Part shown: one piece after another, positions 15,662 to 20,000 of the stretch
Numbering within the stretch: the stretch's first letter is position 1
Layout: each line of letters starts with the position of its first letter
From: an uncultured virus (IMG/VR IMGVR_UViG_3300025880_000013)
Lineage: Duplodnaviria; Heunggongvirae; Uroviricota; Caudoviricetes
Direction: 5' to 3' (one strand)
Length of the DNA stretch: 20,000 nucleotides
IMG/VR virus record: IMGVR_UViG_3300025880_000013
Program-made: the position numbers and the translations under genes
The notes under the pieces: model-generated
Databases searched by the model: none
Seen by the model: the letters and a program-made list of their open reading frames with translations, nothing else
What the model was told of the DNA's origin: nothing

Positions 15662-18049
15662 ATGAAAATTATACTAGGGCCATTACAAAGGCTAGCAATT
15701 TTAATGGAAGAACAGATTGAAGAGACAAAATCTCTTCAATCTGTAATTTCAATAGATCTAAAGAAATCAAGCAAAGATCAGTTAAGTGAGCTTAAAACTC
15801 AAACAGGCCTTTTAGAAGATATTAAAAGTATTTTAAGACAACAGCAGTTCGCTTCTCTTGCACAATCAAAAGGACCAAAGACTGGAATATTAGGAGGTAT
15901 TAAAAGTAAACTTCCAAGCTTTAAAGGAGCAAAAACCGTCGCAGTCGCGGTTGGTTTATTCGCAGGTGCTATATTGGCATCTACTGTTTTCTTTGCACTA
16001 ATGCCTAAGCTTTCTGCGGTAACTTTATTAACTGCAGTTGCGGTAGCTGGAATAATGACTTATGTTGTTCCTAAATTCATGGAACTAACAAAACTATATA
16101 GATTTAAAACAAAAAACATAGTAAGAGCTGCGGCAATATTACCATTAATTTCAATGGCAATACTAGCATCTTCACTCCCATTAGTATTAATGCCAACTTT
16201 AAGCCTAGGCTCTTTAGTTACTGCATTTGTTGTTGGGGCGGCACTTTCAATATTTACACCCTCATTTATAAAATTAGTTCATAATCTAAAGGGTGTAAAA
16301 TTAAAGGATCAAATTAACGCAGTTAAAGCTATGGCGATAATGGCTGGTGGTATTGTTGCAGTATCATTAATATTTGCCTTATTAGGTGCTGTTTCAGGTT
16401 GGGCAGCTCCGCCTTTAATGTGGACTTTACAAGCTGGATTAGCCATGTTCATATTTTCTGCGGCTTTTGTAAACATAGCAAATTCACTTAAAAAATCATC
16501 TACAAAAGATTTACTTTTAGCGTCTACTGCACTGCCACTACTTGCATTAACTATTGTTGGAGTTGCATACATATTTAAATTATTCCCAGCAAAACCTATC
16601 GCACCTGAGTATAATTGGACTCTAAAGGCAGGATTAGCGATGTTATTGTTTTCTTTTGCTTTTACAAAAATATTAAAAGTTATTAAACAAAATTCACTTA
16701 AAGATATTGCATTTGCAGCAATAGGTGTAGGACTTTTAGCAGCCGCTGTTGTTGGTGTTGCGTTTATTTTTCAAGCACTTTCATTCGTTGAAGGCTATGA
16801 AAAATACGCTCCGGATCCAGTATGGGCTCTTAAGTCAGGTCTAGCTATATTGGCGTTTACGGGTAGTTATTTGTTAATATCTTTGGCCGCTAAGAAGATT
16901 GGTTTAAAAGGTCTTGCACTAGGAGCCCTTGCTATGATAGCAGTTGCGGGTTCAATTTTAGCAACCGCATGGATATTTAGTGTTTTACCAAGTGAATTCA
17001 TAGCACCTCCACTGGATTGGTCAATAAATGCAGCGATAGCAATCACTGCCTTTGCAATTCCATTAGCAGTAATTGGCGCTTTAGCGACATTATTAACACC
17101 AGTAGGGCTTTTATTAGGAGCAGCTGGTATTATACTAGTGGCTGGGACAATGTGGGTTGTTGCTTGGATTTTTAGTAAATTACCAGATTTAGGTGAAGCT
17201 TCTAAAATGCTTACTGATGCAATAATGTACCCCATTAATCAAATGATAGGGGCTCTTGTTAGATTTAAGGATGAAATCGGAATTGAAAACATGGTACCTT
17301 TAGCGGGTGGTATTTTAGCAATTGCAGGTTCTTGGTTAACTTTAACCGCAGCCATGGCAGGTCAAGGTATTGGTGGAGCTATTGGTGCAGTTGGTAATGC
17401 AATAGGACAAGGGGTTAATAAAATTGTAGAATTTTTCGGTGGAGAAAAAGCAATGGGACCTAAGGATTTATTAGAACTATTAATAAGCAAAGCAAATAGC
17501 CTTAAAAAGATATCCGGACCTATGTACAATATAGGTAAGGGATTAAGATCAATTGGAACTAGTGCTATAAATGTTTCACTTGCTCTTGGTACATTAAAGC
17601 ATTTTACAGGTGATGATGCTGTTGAAAATCTAGAAAAATCTGCAAAATCAGTTAAAGAATTGGCTAAAGGATATAGTAAAATTGCAAGGTCAACAAACCT
17701 AATGAATATAGATGCTCTTAACGCATCTGCAAACATGTTTAACGCGATCGCTAAAGTAGCAGGATTAAAAGGAGAAGATGCGATAACGAAAATATCTGAA
17801 GAATTAATGAAAGCGGTTAACCAACTTTCTAAAACCGTTGAGAATTTACAAGAAGCTAATGGTGAAAATTCAACCTCAATGCAGGATGCTATTTCATCTA
17901 CAATCGGAGGATTTATTGATAAGATCAAAGGAACGACTGATAAAAGTGGAGGAAACGAATCTGGATTGGTTGATGTTGCACCAATTGTTGCTGCAATCCA
18001 AGAATTAGAAGATAGATTAAACAGGCCTTTAAGAGTTCAAGAAATTTAA
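15662..18049 (+). CDS. Putative tape measure protein, hydrophobic repeat-rich
   Basis: 795 aa Ala/Gly/Leu-rich helical protein after the chaperone-like pair; ~65 aa hydrophobic repeats; coiled-coil ends. Confidence 0.7.
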   Translation: MKIILGPLQRLAILMEEQIEETKSLQSVISIDLKKSSKDQLSELKTQTGLLEDIKSILRQQQFASLAQSKGPKTGILGGIKSKLPSFKGAKTVAVAVGLFAGAILASTVFFALMPKLSAVTLLTAVAVAGIMTYVVPKFMELTKLYRFKTKNIVRAAAILPLISMAILASSLPLVLMPTLSLGSLVTAFVVGAALSIFTPSFIKLVHNLKGVKLKDQINAVKAMAIMAGGIVAVSLIFALLGAVSGWAAPPLMWTLQAGLAMFIFSAAFVNIANSLKKSSTKDLLLASTALPLLALTIVGVAYIFKLFPAKPIAPEYNWTLKAGLAMLLFSFAFTKILKVIKQNSLKDIAFAAIGVGLLAAAVVGVAFIFQALSFVEGYEKYAPDPVWALKSGLAILAFTGSYLLISLAAKKIGLKGLALGALAMIAVAGSILATAWIFSVLPSEFIAPPLDWSINAAIAITAFAIPLAVIGALATLLTPVGLLLGAAGIILVAGTMWVVAWIFSKLPDLGEASKMLTDAIMYPINQMIGALVRFKDEIGIENMVPLAGGILAIAGSWLTLTAAMAGQGIGGAIGAVGNAIGQGVNKIVEFFGGEKAMGPKDLLELLISKANSLKKISGPMYNIGKGLRSIGTSAINVSLALGTLKHFTGDDAVENLEKSAKSVKELAKGYSKIARSTNLMNIDALNASANMFNAIAKVAGLKGEDAITKISEELMKAVNQLSKTVENLQEANGENSTSMQDAISSTIGGFIDKIKGTTDKSGGNESGLVDVAPIVAAIQELEDRLNRPLRVQEI

Positions 18050-18051
18050 TC

Positions 18052-18080
18052 TGAAACTTTTTTAGAATATTGAATATAAA
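18052..18080 (+). promoter_or_regulatory. Putative promoter TGAAAC-N17-TATAAA
   Basis: Third copy of the motif, ahead of the accessory gene cluster. Confidence 0.6.
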
Positions 18081-18094
18081 TTTAAACAATAAAT

Positions 18095-18403
18095 ATGTTC
18101 GATATGATAATCAACTTAATTTTAATATTTTTAGTAGGTGTAAACTTCTACATCGATAATAAAAATAGAAAATCTTACCAAATCAGGGTAAATGCACTAC
18201 AGTCTGATCTTGATGCAATGTCTCATGTGCTTTATGATGTTTCAAATCAATTAAAAGATCAGTCAATAGAACCAAATCCGGTTACTGCGAGTGACTTTCA
18301 AATTGTTGCATCTAATTTAGAATCAGTACAAGATCGATTAGCAGAATTAGACTTAATCATCCAGAACATACAAATTCAAATTAATAAAGAAATCAATGAC
18401 TAA
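18095..18403 (+). CDS. Membrane-anchored coiled-coil protein
   Basis: N-terminal hydrophobic helix followed by heptad-like segments. Confidence 0.7.
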   Translation: MFDMIINLILIFLVGVNFYIDNKNRKSYQIRVNALQSDLDAMSHVLYDVSNQLKDQSIEPNPVTASDFQIVASNLESVQDRLAELDLIIQNIQIQINKEIND

Positions 18404-18578
18404 AGCACAAATAGTACAGAGGTTATTAGATGCGAGAGCGATCTCAGCTGAGGAGGCTGTTGTTTTATTACAGAACGAAACAGTTAATATTCCAGTGTAC
18501 ACTCCTAACCCATATTATGATAACCCAAGTTTTACACCTCCACCTGTTTGGTGTGAAACCCCTAATACAACATCATGA
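18396..18578 (+). CDS. Hypothetical protein (60 aa, Pro-rich C-terminus)
   Basis: Overlaps both neighbours (ATGACTAA, ATGA); IVQRLLDARAISAEEAVVLL short helical motif. Confidence 0.7.
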   Translation: MTKAQIVQRLLDARAISAEEAVVLLQNETVNIPVYTPNPYYDNPSFTPPPVWCETPNTTS

Positions 18579-18787
18579 GTAATTCATACAACAAATATTT
18601 AGACTTAAAAGAATCAGGCGCATTTGATTTTGATCCAACAAACCCAAATCATGTTTTAGAAAAAGCAAGTAAAATCGGACTTAAAACTCAAATTCTATAT
18701 ACTGCGATGGATTTAATCAGAGAGAATAAGAGCCTAACAAATAAAGAAGCGATCTTAAAATCAGCGAAACATTGGCATGTTATATAA
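18575..18787 (+). CDS. Hypothetical protein (70 aa)
   Basis: ATGA overlap with the previous ORF. Confidence 0.65.
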   Translation: MSNSYNKYLDLKESGAFDFDPTNPNHVLEKASKIGLKTQILYTAMDLIRENKSLTNKEAILKSAKHWHVI

Positions 18788-18806
18788 TTTTTAAAACACA
18801 TTATTA

Positions 18807-19238
18807 ATGTATACGTATAAAGCAAAAGTAAATAGAATAATAGATGGAGACAGTATTGTCTTAGATATCGATTTAGGATTTGATACTTGGATTAACAATC
18901 AATCTATCAGATTAGTCGGAGTTGACGCTCCAGAATCTAGAACTCGAGACCTTGTTGAAAAACAATTTGGAAATCTAGCAAAGAAAAGAGTTCAAGATCT
19001 CCTAAAAATAGGATCTGAAGTAATCATTAGAACCTACAAAGACAAAGGGGGTAAATTCGGGAGAATCCTAGGTGAGATCATTACAGATGAAGAAATTAAT
19101 ATAAATGATTTGTTAATTGAAGAGAGATTAGCTGTGTATTACCAGGGACAATCTAAAGACGAGGTTAAACAATTACATTTAGCAAATAGAAAATATTTAA
19201 TCAAAGAAGGCAAAATAGTATTAGATGAAAATAAATAA
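18807..19238 (+). CDS. Thermonuclease (SNase-like) family nuclease
   Basis: RIIDGDSI, IRLVGVDAPE, KFGRILG, IN..LIEE.LA motifs; no signal peptide. Confidence 0.88.
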   Translation: MYTYKAKVNRIIDGDSIVLDIDLGFDTWINNQSIRLVGVDAPESRTRDLVEKQFGNLAKKRVQDLLKIGSEVIIRTYKDKGGKFGRILGEIITDEEININDLLIEERLAVYYQGQSKDEVKQLHLANRKYLIKEGKIVLDENK

Positions 19239-19794
19239 GAATTTTAAGATCAAAGGTCTTTTAGAATTTCAACCAAACGTATATGGAGATGATAGAGGCC
19301 AGTTCATTGAAACTTTCAACGAGGATGTCCTAAGGTCACTCGGGTTTAACGAACACTTTAAACAGGATAATCAAAGTATCTCGCAACGCGGGGTCTTTAG
19401 AGGGATCCATTTACAATCAGAACCACATGGTCAAGGAAAATTAGTTCGAGTAGCTAAAGGATCCGTTATCGATTATGCGGTAGATTTAAGATTAGGTTCA
19501 CCAACATACGGAGAATGGGAATCCGTGAAATTAACAGCAGAACAAGGAAATCAATTCTGGATTCCAAACGGATTCGGACATGCATTCTTAGCACTCGAGG
19601 ACGACACAATCTTTTGTTATAAATGTACTGATGTTTATGCCCCGGATCACCAGGTGTCTATCATGTGGAACGATACTGATATTAATCTAGACGTGAGCTC
19701 GCAAATAGATATTCCACTTTTAATTTCAGACAAAGATCAAAAGGGTTTATATTTACCAGAATACACATATCAAATTAACGAACAATTACAATGA
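19225..19794 (+). CDS. rfbC: dTDP-4-dehydrorhamnose 3,5-epimerase
   Basis: DDRGQFIE, QDNQSIS..GVFRGIH.Q, QGKLVRV..G, VDLR.GSPTYG, GFGHAF, YKCTD.Y.P, ISDKD. Confidence 0.95.
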   Translation: MKINKNFKIKGLLEFQPNVYGDDRGQFIETFNEDVLRSLGFNEHFKQDNQSISQRGVFRGIHLQSEPHGQGKLVRVAKGSVIDYAVDLRLGSPTYGEWESVKLTAEQGNQFWIPNGFGHAFLALEDDTIFCYKCTDVYAPDHQVSIMWNDTDINLDVSSQIDIPLLISDKDQKGLYLPEYTYQINEQLQ

Positions 19795-19958
19795 TTAAAA
19801 GAGCACCAAGTAGAGGTTATTTCGGAGGAGTTTGTCAAGGATTAGCAGAAGAGACAGACACTAACCCATTAGCATGGCGGATAATATTCTTATTAGCACC
19901 ATCAAGCCTGTGGGTATATATTGCGTTATGGATATTATTAAAAAAAGAAGATGAATAG
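19791..19958 (+). CDS. pspC: PspC-domain membrane protein (55 aa)
   Basis: Manual translation MIKRAPSRGYFGGVCQGLAEETDTNPLAWRIIFLLAPSSLWVYIALWILLKKEDE*; GGVCxGLA, R and YI.LW PspC signature; not in the ORF track. Confidence 0.8.
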   Translation: MIKRAPSRGYFGGVCQGLAEETDTNPLAWRIIFLLAPSSLWVYIALWILLKKEDE

Positions 19959-20000
19959 CATAATTAGAATATTTTCAATCATATTAGTCATTTTCTTTTA
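19951..20000 (+). CDS. Start of a membrane/secreted protein (truncated)
   Basis: MNSIIRIFSIILVIFF, overlapping the pspC stop; runs off the window. Confidence 0.5.
   Translation, partial: MNSIIRIFSIILVIFF

Noticed and set aside
14147..17928. Antisense ORFs at 14147, 16309, 16867 and 17362
   Set aside because: Mirror frames of the RHH and tape-measure genes, expected from codon bias
18095..18578. i-spanin/o-spanin pair
   Set aside because: The second ORF has no signal peptide or lipobox, and no late-type motif precedes the pair
1..20000. Stop-codon reassignment
   Set aside because: Genes are full length in code 11, and TAA, TAG and TGA all end genes at sensible boundaries

Overview
AT-rich, densely coding segment of a large T4-like (distant Tevenvirinae-type) myovirus genome, read in standard genetic code 11. 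A-rich start regions without Shine-Dalgarno sequences suggest a Bacteroidota host (inference). Order: 3' end of the major capsid gene with its terminator; an acidic, repeat-containing putative internal head protein; one antisense ORF; a replication block (gp44-like clamp loader, GT2-like glycosyltransferase, RNase H/5'-3' exonuclease, gp62-like subunit, unknown ORF); a duplicated 4-TM protein; a gp14-like neck protein fused to extra domains; terminase small and large subunits; tail sheath; tail tube; an RHH-like protein; an overlapping gp26-like/gp51-like pair; a hydrophobic tape-measure-like gene; then accessory genes (SNase-like nuclease, RmlC, PspC). Most notable: (1) a candidate +1 programmed frameshift (GGG TTT CGC) joining the gp26-like and gp51-like ORFs in the tail-chaperone G/GT position before the tape measure; (2) two recurrent intergenic promoter-like motifs, GATAWATA before virion genes and TGAAAC-N17/18-TATAAW before replication, regulatory and accessory genes, which abut back-to-back at 1884-1920. 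All protein calls come from motif recognition by eye, not database searches.
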